From assembly GCA_965240325.2 (NCBI GenBank), contig OZ251248.1:1-64000 (forward strand): 64,000 nucleotides of DNA, written 5' to 3'. Shown piece after piece: positions 12,001-22,531 of this stretch (the stretch's first letter is position 1; every line of letters starts with the position of its first letter). The notes under the pieces are model-generated. The model saw only the letters and a list, made by a program, of their open reading frames with translations, did no database searches and had not been told where the DNA came from. This stretch comes from Rebecca billardiae RCC1528 (taxonomy: Eukaryota; Protista; Haptophyta). The translations under genes and the position numbers were made by a program.

Positions 12001-14310
12001 AGCCCAGGCGGTGCCTTCGGCAGTGCGCGCGGGCGCAGGCCATTATTCATTCGTATTCAGCCGGCGCGCGCGCCGCACCGCGCCTGCGGCGGCCAGCCTG
12101 GCGGTTAAATATCCGATTTTCGAGGTTGGCGTCGCACCCGACGTGGACGGATGAATAATGCGCTGCCCTCTCGCGTGATGTCAGCCCAGGGGGTGCCCTC
12201 GGCAGCGCGCGCGGGCGCAGGCCATTATTCATTCGCATTCAGCCGGCGCGCGCGCCGCACCGCGCCTGCGGCGGCCCGCCTGGCTGGCGGTTAAAAATCC
12301 GATTTTCGAGGTGGGCGTCGCACCTGGCGTGGACGGATGAATAATGCGCTGCCCTCTCGCGTGATATCAGCCCAGGGGGTGCCCTCGGCAGCGCGCGCGG
12401 GCGCAGGCCATTATTCATTCGTATTCAGCCGGCGCGCGCGCCGCACCGCGCCTGCGGCGGCCAGCCTGGCGGTTAAATATCCGATTTTCGAGGTTGGCGT
12501 CGCACCCGACGTGGACGGATGAATAATGCGCTGCCCTCTCGCGTGATGTCAGCCCAGGGGGTGCCCTCGGCAGCGCGCGCGGGCGCAGGCCATTATTCAT
12601 TCGCATTCAGCCGGCGCGCGCGCCGCACCGCGCCTGCGGCGGCCCGCCTGGCTGGCGGTTAAAAATCCGATTTTCGAGGTGGGCGTCGCACCTGGCGTGG
12701 ACGGATGAATAATGCGCTGCCCTCTCGCGTGATATCAGCCCAGGGGGTGCCCTCGGCAGCGCGCGCGGGCGCAGGCCATTATTCATTAGTATTCAGCCGG
12801 CGCGCAGCACCACGGCTGGTCGGCGGCGCCCAGCCTGGCGGTTAAAAATCCGATTTTCGAGCAGTGCGTCGCACCCGGCGTGGACGGATGAATAATGCGC
12901 TGCCCTCTCGCGTGATATCAGCCCAGGCGGTGCCCTCGGCAGCGCGCGCGGGCGCAGGCCATTATTCATTCGTATTCAGCCGGCGCGCGCGCCGCACCGC
13001 GCCTGCGGCGGCCAGCCTGGCGGTTAAATATCCGATTTTCGAGGTTGGCGTCGCACCCGACGTGGACGGATGAATAATGCGCTGCCCTCTCGCGTGATGT
13101 CAGCCCAGGGGGTGCCCTCGGCAGCGCGCGCGGGCGCAGGCCATTATTCATTCGCATTCAGCCGGCGCGCAGCACCACGGCTGGTCGGCGGCGCCCAGCC
13201 TGGCGGTTGAAAATCCGATTTTCGAGGTGGGCGTCGCACCCGACGTGGACGGATGAATAATGCGCTGCCCTCTTGCGTGATGTCGGCCCAGGGGGTGCCC
13301 TCGGCAGCGCGCGCGGGCGCAGGCCATTATTCATTCGTATTCAGCCGGCGCGCAGCACCACGGCTGGTCGGCGGCGCCCAGCCTGGCGGTTAAATATCCG
13401 ATTTTCGAGGTGGGCGTCGCACCCGACGTGGACGGATGAATAATGCGCTGCCCTCTCGCGTGATATCAGCCCAGGGGATGCCCTCGGCAGCGCGCGCGGG
13501 CGCAGGCCATTATTCATTAGTATTCAGCCGGCGCGCGCGCCGCACCGCGCCTGCGGCGGCCCGCCTGGTGGTTAAATATCCGATTTTCGAGGTGGGCGTC
13601 GCACCCGTCGTGGACGGATGAATAATGCGCTGCCCTCTCGCGTGATGTCGGCCCAGGGGGTGCCCTCGGCAGCGCGCGCGGGCGCAGGCCATTATTCATT
13701 CGCCTTCAGCCGGCGCGCGCGCCGCACCGCGCCGGCGGCGGCCCGCCTGGCGGTTAAAAGTCCGATTTTCGAGGTGGGCGTCGCACCCGGCGTGGACGGA
13801 TGAATAATCCGCTGCCCTCTCGCGTGATATCAGCCCAGGGGGTGCCCTCGGCAGCGCGCGCGGGCGCAGGCCATTATTCATTCGTATTCAGCCGGCGGCG
13901 CCCAGCCTGGCGGTTAAATATCCGATTTTCGAGGTGGGCGTCGCACCCGGCGTGGACGGATGAATAATGTGCTGCCCTCGCGCGTGATATCGGCCCAGGG
14001 GGTGCCCTCGGCAGCGCGCGCGGGCGCAGGCCATTATTCATTAGTATTCAGCCGGCGCGCGCGCCGCACCACGCCTGCGGCGGCCCGCCTGGCAGTTAAA
14101 AATCCGATCTTCGAGGTGGGCGTCGCACCCGTCGTGGACGGATGAATAATGCGCTGCCCCCTCGCGTGCGATCAGCCCATAGGGTGCCCTCGGCGGCGCG
14201 CGCGGGCGCGAGCCATTTTTCGCAGCAGTATGCAGCCGGCGCGCGCGCCGCGGCCGGTCGGCGGCGCCCAGCCTGGCAGTTAAAAATCCGATTTGTGAGC
14301 AGAGCGCCGC
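6090..14310. repeat. Subtelomeric satellite, 45 units of mostly 176-187 bp
   Basis: GGATGAATAATG-like anchor counted 45 times from 6094 to 14140. One 160-bp deleted unit at ~13798; the last unit is the most diverged. Confidence 0.98.
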
Positions 14311-14337
14311 GGTTAGGGTTAGAGGTTAGGGTTAGGG
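14311..14337 (+). repeat. Short interstitial telomeric tract (TTAGGG orientation)
   Basis: GGTTAGGGTTAGAGGTTAGGGTTAGGG exactly at the satellite/copia junction. Confidence 0.9.
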
Positions 14338-14640
14338 GTCTCGTCATAGTCCATGCCCTCGATGTGCGTGAAGCCCTTGCCCATGACGCGGGCCTAGAAC
14401 CGCCTGATGCTTGTCACGCTTGATGTTGAAGACGGGCGCTGCCTCGAGCGTGCGCATCCCCGGCTTGCGCGGCACTTCCACCCACGTGTTGCTGGCCAGG
14501 ATGGAGGCGTACTCGGCGTCGAGAGCGGCGGCGAAGCGCGTCGCGTGCGGGCCGTTGAGTGCTTGCACCGCCGTTGGCGTGTCCGAGTGTCAGATGGCGA
14601 GCAGGAGCGCGTAGATGCGCGGCAGCGTGGAGTAGGTACG
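14337..14640 (-). mobile_element. Ty1/copia reverse transcriptase fragment (degenerate)
   Basis: QALNGPHATRFAAALDAEYASILASNTWVEVPR...VFNIKRD, then after a frameshift/stop ARVMGKGFTHIEGMDYDET, the start of a copia RT domain. Truncated at the telomeric tract. Confidence 0.88.
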
Positions 14641-14699
14641 TGCGGCCAGCGCGCTCAGCCAGCCGCGCCCGAACGCCGCCGTCGGCTGCGCGCACGGCA

Positions 14700-17270
14700 C
14701 TTGACGAAACAAGATCGGCAAAGTTTGGCCAAGGCGTCGCGGGAGCACCCGCAACGAAGCTGACCAATAATGGTCGATCGCCAACGACGGGTGCGAACCG
14801 GCGCTGATCAATAGTACGCGTACCCCTCCAACTTTCCGAGGACCGAGGGTGTACCACTAACCAATCAGCGCGGCGGTAGGTTACTTTTATGCCACACCGA
14901 TTCGCGAGGCCGAGGAGGAACGGCGAAACACACGCGCGGACGCCACGTCGTTGCAGGGCGGCCGCGCTCAGCACCGCGCCGAAGCAGGCCGACGCGCTGC
15001 TCGAACCTAGGCGCCATGTGCACCACGCGGCGCCACGCGCTCGGCGGGCACCTCGAGCGTCCCGTCGCGCGGTGCGCAAGTAGCTTCTGCGCGGACGCGC
15101 GTGCGCGCGGACGGCGGCGCGCCGTCGGCAGCGGAGAGAGCTTGGCGCCGTGCACGGCGCTCGCGCGCACGGGCGCCAGGAGGAGCTGCGCCCGCTCTGC
15201 GCGGCGCGCGGGGCGCGGCGCTGCGCCTCCCGGCGCCTGTGCGCACGAGCGGCGCGCTAACCTAGCCCGGCGCTCGCTCGCACGCAGTCCGCGGGTCTGC
15301 ACGCGGCGGCTGATCGTACGTTCAGAATAATATTGGTCGGGCCGGTCGAAGCGCGAGGTTCGATCGCAGGAGCGGGCGCTCGTGGCCCGCCGGAGCCAGC
15401 ACAGCGGCGGCGCGCGGCCGTGGCCCGCAGCCCGTGGCCCCTGCTCGGCAGCTGGGCGCTGCAGCGGGCGCGCCCCACCCCGGCCTCGCGCGAGAGCAGC
15501 GGCGATGCGTTGGGGTGCGCGGCGGTGCGTTGCGCCGCGGAGTGGGCGCGCTGGCCGCTCCGGGCCCGCACCGGGCGCAGGCACCGGGCAAGCACTCGAA
15601 CGCACTCGAGCCGGCGCGAGCTTCGACGCGCGGCCGCAGCCGGCACATCACAGGGGGCCAGCGCACAAGTCCGGCGGCGCGGCTTGCGCGCGAGCAGCGC
15701 TGCATTCAGCAGTTGCCGCTCACCGGGGTCAGGTTGGACGAGGTGGAAGATGGGGGCCGGGGCGGGGCCAGCTTCAAACGGTGCGAGGCGCTCGGACGGC
15801 AGTGGGGTGCCATGCGCGCGTCGCCCCCGGCGCGCGGCCGCGCCGCCGTCCGACGCCCAACGCAGCCTCGGAGAGCCGCCACGCCGCGCAGCGGCATGCG
15901 CGTCGCAGAGCGTGCGTGCAGTCGCGGGCAAGAGGACAGTCCAAGCGCGCAGCACGCACCCCGCGCGAAACCGCAGTGCGCAGGCTGCTGCTCGTCGGCG
16001 CGAGCCTCGCCTGCCAGGCCGCTGCGGCCCGAGCCGCGACGCCCGGCGGTCGCGAGCCGCCACGCGGCGCGCAGCTACGCCTGCGCCGAGGCAGCGAGCG
16101 CGCACGCGCGCGTAGCGGACGAGGAGCACGCATACGCGCGTGCGCGCGTTGCTGACCCGCCGGCACCTCCCGCCGTTGCGCCCGTCTGCAGAGCGAGACC
16201 CACCCCGCGGAGAACTCGGGCTGCCATGCTGATTCGCGAACAAGCGACGGAATTCAGGAGCGCGAGGGAAAAAAAAATCCATAAAAAACAGCCCTCGGCA
16301 AGCATGGCGGCCCTCGTTCCGCCTCGGCGTGGGGTCAAGACTCAAGGGCTCAAGGCGGACGTCGTGCTGTCCGGCGCGCACGCACGCCGACTCAGCGCGA
16401 CTCAGCGGTGCGCGAGAGGGGCCACGCGCCGCCGAGCACCATGCGCTCGGTGCACCCCCTCCGGCTCGCACCGCCCCACCCGTGGCCCTTGCGACTGCGC
16501 CCCCGGCGCGAGCGCACTGCCCGCTCGCTCGGCCCGCGCTGAAAGCAAACGCTGCCGGCTGCGCGCGGCCGCGCGAGCGCACGGCCGAGCGCGCTTGCTG
16601 GGGGGATGCACTCGCGTCTCCGCCACTCGCACGCACGACGCCGCGCAGTGCGTGGTGCCCGCCAGCCACGCGTGAACAGCTGCCAAGTCTGCGCGCAGAG
16701 CTCGGCCGCGGCGCGCGCGCGGCTGTTGAAAATGAAGGCTGCGCGACTCCTGCTCGCCGACGCCGACCCGCGGTGATCATGGGCGCCGGAGTGTGCGCTC
16801 GTCTCGACCGCCACGCACCACGGCAAGGGACGGCCGCTCCCTCGAAGCGAGGCGCGTGTGCGAGCGTGCGCAGCGGGGCCGTGATGGCGCGCACCAGAGG
16901 CAGTTCGGCCGAGGTGGAGGATGGGGCGCGGGGGCGGGGGCGGGCTGGGCCGGTGCGTTGCGCCAGCCACGACAGCTGCTCGCCGCCGCGATGGTCGCGC
17001 TCGACAGTGCTTCGACAGTGCTTGTCTCGGCCGCCGCGGCAAGGCGAGCCCGCTCCTTCGACGTGAGGCGCGCGCGCGCCCGGCCGCACCGCAGTGGGAC
17101 GGCCGTGCGCAGATGAGCTGGCGCTCACGCACAATGAAGAGCGCCCTGATGCTTGCAGCTCACTACGCAGCACACCAGGCGCAGGCTTGACAACGGGTAA
17201 GATGGGGGGGCGGGGCGGGGGCAGCATCGACCGGTGCGAGGCGCTGGGCCGGCTGCGGCGCTCCACATCC
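14700..17270. repeat. Degenerate subtelomeric repeat block related to 2828-4140
   Basis: Recurring module GAGGTGGA(A/G)GATGGGG at ~3543, ~15739, ~16911 (variant ~17197). CTTCGACGTGAGGCGCG at ~3450 and ~17056. Boundaries approximate. Confidence 0.5.
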
Positions 17271-17280
17271 GCAGCGCCCG

Positions 17281-17690
17281 GCAGAGCCCGCTCGAGCGGT
17301 GGGGCGTGAGCCGAGCGCCGCGAGAGGCAGGGCCCGCTCGAGCGGTGGGGCGTGAGCCGCGCGCCGCGAGAGGCAGGGCCCGCTCGAGCGGTGGGGCGTG
17401 AGCCGCACGCCGCGAGAGGCAGAGCCCTTGAGCGGAGGGGCGTGAGCCGCGCGCCGCGAGAGGCAGAGCCCGCTCGAGCGGTGGGGCGTGCGCCGCGCGC
17501 CGGGAGAGGCAGGGCCCGCTCGAGCGGTGGGGCGTGAGCCGCGCGGGGCAGGGCCCGCTCGAGCGGTGGGGCGTGAGCTGCGCGCCGCGAGAGGCAGGGC
17601 CCGTTCGAGCGGTGGGGCGTGAGCCGCGCGCCGCGAGAGGCAGGTGAGCCGCGCGCCGTGAGGCAGGGCCCTCGAGTGATGGGCGTCACG
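17281..17690. repeat. 46-bp minisatellite, ~9 units
   Basis: Unit GCAGGGCCCGCTCGAGCGGTGGGGCGTGAGCCGCGCGCCGCGAGAG starting at 17281, 17327, 17373, 17419, 17463, 17509, 17548, 17594 and 17640 (partial). Confidence 0.93.
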
Positions 17691-17739
17691 GCCACGCCGA
17701 GGGTGAGCGGCACGCGGGTAGCAGGCTGTTGTCGAGCCA

Positions 17740-18860
17740 GCTAGCGGCGGCGTGCATGGAGCGTGCGGCGAGCACGGCCACGCCGAGTGCGAGCGGCATC
17801 GCCACCACGCGCCGCGGCGGCAGCAGCGGGCGGCGATGAATCGCGCGAGCAGCGCGGGCGCGCGGCGGCTCCTGGCCGGGCGAGCGGCGGCGGGCTGCCG
17901 TTGTGGCGTGTCCGGCGTGCAGCAGCGGCGTGCGGCGATCACGAGCACGACGAATGCGAGCGGCCCCGCCGTTGCGCCGCAGAGAGGCGGCTGCGAGGCG
18001 AGCCGTCAAGGTCGAGCACGCCGCCGAGCAGCAGTGGCGCGAGAGGCCGCGCCGCGCGAGTCGGCGGTGGCGCGAGCGGCCGGCGCCGCGCGAGTCCGAC
18101 TGCGGGCAGCGCGGGTGCGCCTCTGCTCCTGCGCGGGCGAGCGGCGGCGGGCTGTGGACGCCTCCGGCGTGCAGCAGCTGCGAGCGGCGGTCACGAGTAC
18201 AACGGGTGCGAGTAGCCCCGCCGTCGCGCCGCAGAGAAGCGGCTGCGAAGCGAGCGGTCGAGCACGCCGCCGAGCAGCAGTCGCGCGAGAGGCCGCGCCG
18301 CGCGAGTTCGGCCGCGGGCAGCGCCGGCGCGCGTGCCCGCTCCTGCGCGGGCGAGCGGCGGCGGGCGCGGGCATGTGCGGCGAGCACGACGAGTGCGAGC
18401 AGCCCCGCCGTCGCGCCGCAGACAGAGAGGCGGCTGCGAGGCGAGCCGTCGAGGTCGAGCACGCCGCCGAGCAGCAGTCGCGCGAGGCCGCGCCGCGCGA
18501 GTCCGGCCGCGGGCAGCACGTGCGCACGCCTGCTCCTGCGCGGGCGAGCGGCGGCGAGCGGTGGCGTGCGCGGCGTGCAGCAACGGCATGCAACGATCAC
18601 GAGCGCGACGAGTGCGAGCGGCCCCGCCGTCGCGCCGTAGCGAGGTGGCTGCGAGGCCACGAGCCGTCGAGGCAGAGCGCGCCGCAGGCGCACGGCGGTG
18701 GAAGCTGGGCGTGTCGCGCGCCGCAGGCCGACATGCAGCTGTGCGAGTGCGCGCTCGGGCGAGCGGCGGCGAGCAGCAGCGGCGTGCGTGACGCGGAGCA
18801 GCGGCGTGCGGCAATCACAAGGACGTCGAGTGCGAGCGGCTCCGCCGCGTGTGCGAGCTT
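17740..18860. repeat. Degenerate tandem repeat, ~5-6 units of ~170-250 bp
   Basis: Recurring GAGTGCGAGC(G/A)GCCCCGCCGTCGCGCCG and GGTCGAGCACGCCGCCGAGCAGCAGT blocks. Confidence 0.75.
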
Positions 18861-19459
18861 GCACTCACACATAAGGCACAGTTCCCATTTGCTCTGGTCG
18901 TGCCCAGTGTCGTGAGGTCGTCTCTGCATGGTCGAGCCTGCGCAGAGCGGTGAGCGTGCACGCCGACGTGGAGTAGGCTAAGCTGGCGCCCACCACCCGG
19001 CGGCCGGGAGGAGGTCCGCGTCGGGCGTCTCCCAAACAAAGCAGCTGCTGGTCGTTTGCTGCTGCGCTGCTGCGTGGTCACTGCGTGGTGCACTCGTGCG
19101 CATCCGAGGCGGACGACTTGCTGAGACGAGTTGATGGTGGGCATCCTGTGGTCGAAGGACGAGGCGAGAGGTACCTGGCGCGCTCAGGTTGTGCGCTGCC
19201 GATTCCCAGCTCGCTGCTCGAGAAGCGAGGCGGTGCTCGCGCCGATGACTTGCCGAACTGATGCCCGGGGGCAGCAGCAATCCAGCATGGCTGCGGTTCG
19301 TCCGCCAATCTGGCACTCGGGGCACTTTGCTCGTGCACCCGCGGCGTACCCGCAGAAGAGTCCTGAAGTTCTGCGAGGGCGGCTGCGACGAAACAGGTAA
19401 GTGGAGTGCAGAGGCCTCACAGCGAGCGCCCCTCCGTCATGATGCAGCTCGTACATCAC

Positions 19460-19490
19460 ACGACTCAGTTATATTGTACCAATAACACCA
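19460..19490 (-). mobile_element. Terminus of a third split-direct-repeat-family element, interrupted by the CACAGTG element
   Basis: Removing 19491-22128 reconstructs, on the minus strand, (TA)n-AGTGGTGTTATTGGTACAATATAACTGAGT. This matches the termini at 34567 and 40426. The body may extend left to ~18870 (uncertain). Confidence 0.7.
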
Positions 19491-22123
19491 CACAGTGCCG
19501 GATTGGAATTTTCCATGACCATTCGGACGGTCCGCTACTCCGTCAGCGAATCCCGTCTCGGCCGGACAGTGGAAGCTCGCCGCGGAAGCGGGCGACTTGC
19601 GGCGGACGGAGGGCAAACGAGCGGGCTGCCTCGCTCGCGGCGCGACCTACTCCGCGAAGACCGACGAGGCTGCTCGCGGACCCGACTATGCGTCGACGCT
19701 GGCTGGGGTCGTCTTCCGCGTGGCGCTGGGCAAGTTCCTCGCCGCCCTGACGGGTGCTCTCCTTTCGCCCTCACGGCGCGCGCGGTGCGAGCGCGGCGCG
19801 GCCCGCATGCGCCGCGCGCGGTTGCGCCCGAGCCTGATGCTTCAGTCGACACGGCAGGTGTGTCTTGTGGGGTGCAACTGTGTGCTGGTGCCGCTGGCGG
19901 CGCGTCTCACCCTCCTGAGTATCCGTGGGAGGCTGCTTGTATCCACGCGTACACCCCGCCACGCCCGCGGCCCGCCCGCGCAAACGCCGCGCCGCGCAGT
20001 TGTCTTTGACCTCGAGCGAGCCTGAGGCGTGGAGGCGACCGACGGCGGGGTGCGACTTGCCCACCGACCCGAGCCGCATCACCCAGCGCAGCCTCGCCCG
20101 CGACGACGCTTCGCCTGGCTGCCACTGCTCAGCCGCGTGCAAGGCGGGCTGGGCGACGTCTTTGCCGAGCGCGGCTGCAGCGCAGCACGCGAGAGGCTGG
20201 AGCGCCATGACGCGGATGGCGGAGCGGGCTTTGGGCTGGCTGGCATGAGCCGCCAGGCTGTACCGTCCGCGCAGATCGCGCTCGGCCCGGCCGCAGCCCT
20301 CCTGAGCGCGCGCCTCAGAGCTGAGACTGATCACGTGCACGCGCACAAGCCACACTGCCGTGGCTGTGTCGAGCAGCTGCGTGTGCTCGAGGCGCGGCGC
20401 TCGCACGGGCCACGCGGGCGCAGCGGGTGCGCGCAGCTGGCGCACGCAGTGCCACGTCCTGCCGCGCCAGTTTGGCGGCCGTCCGCCCCCCCGAGCTCGA
20501 GTTCTGCGCGCTTTGCGACGGCGCGGCCGGCCGCGCCCATCTTCATGCTTGGGCACGCCAGCATGGCCGCCGCCGGGCCTGCTGCGCGCGCCGAAGCTGG
20601 AGGGCGGAGGAGGGCGCTGGGCTGCTCCTACGGCGTGCTGCAGCTCGGGCAGGCTCTAGCGCGGCGCGGCGAGGCCGTCGCGCCTGCTCGCCGCCGTCGA
20701 GTCGCCCGTGCTGCGTGACCGTCGGCCGCACATGCTCGGCGGCACCGGCAGCAGGCGTCGCATACCAGTGTGCTCGAGCCGCTGCGCGCACCCAAGGCGA
20801 GCTGCTCGAGCGGGCTAGGTGGGCCCACGGAGTGCGCGCAGCTGGCGCACGCAGCCCCGCGTCATGGGGTGTCGGTTTGACGGTCGCCAGCCCCCGTGGG
20901 CTCGAGCGCTGTGCGCTTCACCGCGGAGGTGCCGGCGGCGCCCCGCTGCGCGCAACGGCTGGGCAGCATGGCCGCCGCCGGCGCCGCCGCACATGCCGCC
21001 GCTTACGGGCAGTCGAGAGCTTGGGGCAGCACCTACGGCATGCTGCAGCTCGGGCAGGCTCTTCCAGCCTGCTGTGGCGTGATCGCGCATCTGCCAGACC
21101 GTCGACTTGCCCGCGCTGCAGATTGTTTGCCGCGCGTGCTCGACGGCGCTGCTGCTGCCGCTACGGCCGCGCGTTGCTGCGTCGCGAGCGAGCCCGATGC
21201 GAGCTGAACGGCGGCGTGCTCATCGCTGCTGGGGCAGATGGGCGCGTCGTGGTGGCCACGCACGGTGCTGAGTGCTCGCGCGTGCCAGACGAGGCGCGTG
21301 CTCGCGCTGTGGCTCAATGTCCGGCAGTGCGCGTGGCAGGCCGCAGCTGCTCGCCAACAGAACCAGCGGGCAGTCATCGGGCTGCGCGCGCGCAGCTGAT
21401 GGCGGCGAACGAGCGAGCCCGCACCGCCGCGCAAGGGCTGGGCGACTGGCGCCGAGGTGGCGCGCATGTCGTCCGCTGCCGTTGGCATCGCGGCGGACGC
21501 TTCAAGCTCGTTCGGCCGGCGTCTTTGCTCTGACGCCCACCTGCGAGCGCTGCCGGCACCGTGCTCGGGCGTCAGTATCGGTGGGCTCGAGCACGCGTGG
21601 TGAGGCGCTCGGAGCGGTCGACGGCCATGATCGGGCAGCGCACGGTGGGCGCAGGCCACGCGCACGCCAGCGCCCCGCGTGGCGTGGCTTCACGAGGCGC
21701 AGCCGCCAGGAGACTGTGCTGCCGCGAGCTCGGGCGCGCTCGGGCGCCGTTGCTCTGCATTTTCCGAAAAAATCGGGGTTCGTGCCCTCGACCGGTGGCA
21801 TGCCGCCGGGGTGGCCGCAGCTGCACTCGGAGCAGCGCGCACGGGCACCGCCGTGCGCGCCCGCCCGCTTTCGCCGCCGCCGAGCTCGACCACAGCGCTG
21901 CGCGGGGCTGCGTAGTGCCAACGGCACATGATTTTGTGCCCGCGCCGAGCGCGCGTCGGCGCTCGCAGCGCGCTCAGGCGTGGCCTGCTACCAAGCTCTG
22001 TGCCACGATTCGACGCGCCTATGGTGCGCCGAATTTAGGCGCGCCGCTTCAGAACTTTTCGATGACTCGACTAGTGGTGCGGACAGCTAAATGGGACAAG
22101 TTGGGTCGTTTTCTTGCACTGTG
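19491..22123 (+). mobile_element. Non-autonomous DNA transposon with CACAGTG termini (Transib/RAG-like), copy 1
   Basis: Begins CACAGTGCCGGA, ends TCTTGCACTGTG; flanks CACCA/CATCA (5-bp TSD, one mismatch). 2633 bp with an internal ~405-bp degenerate duplication and no transposase ORF. Inverted copy at 37638-40270. Confidence 0.8.
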
Positions 22124-22531
22124 CATCACTTATATATATATATATATATATTATATAGCGTATATATATATATTAACGACGTGGTATGCAACGGGCAGGC
22201 GTCAGAGTCAGCAAGCTGTAGCAGCAGATCGAGCAGCAGAGACAAACACCAGGATCAGCGCTCCTCGCCGTCGTCCCCCTATATATATATATATATATAC
22301 GGACGCCCGCGTCCGATTCGTATTTCGTTGCCGCGGGACGTCGCTCGGATCCGCCGCGCCGCCAAAACCGCCATTCAACACGACCTGCGCTGAATAAATA
22401 TACGACTCTCGAGCCGCCGCCGCTGACTGACGCTGTGCGGCACGGGCGAGCTCTCCTCCGCCACTGCGGCTGCCTCTGCAGCTGCCCAGCCTCGCGCGCC
22501 GCTTCCCCGGGCGGGCGCGGCGGCCGGCGGC

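Noticed and set aside
6367-14145. Dozens of 60-69 aa ORFs (MNNALPS..., MNNGLRP...)
   Set aside because: By-products of the satellite unit; their frames are broken by unit-length variation.
6090-14310. CRISPR array or ribozyme (retrozyme) array
   Set aside because: No unique spacers and no cas genes. No CTGANGA hammerhead core seen in the unit on either strand, and no recognisable 5S, tRNA or snRNA sequence.
2609-14337. Telomere-targeted retroelement (Penelope/Athena or SART/TRAS type)
   Set aside because: No RT ORF in the block, and the flanking telomeric tracts have polarity opposite to the telomere.
19491-19530. Complete 12/23 recombination signal sequences
   Set aside because: The heptamer is perfect but no nonamer is found at either spacing on any of the four ends.
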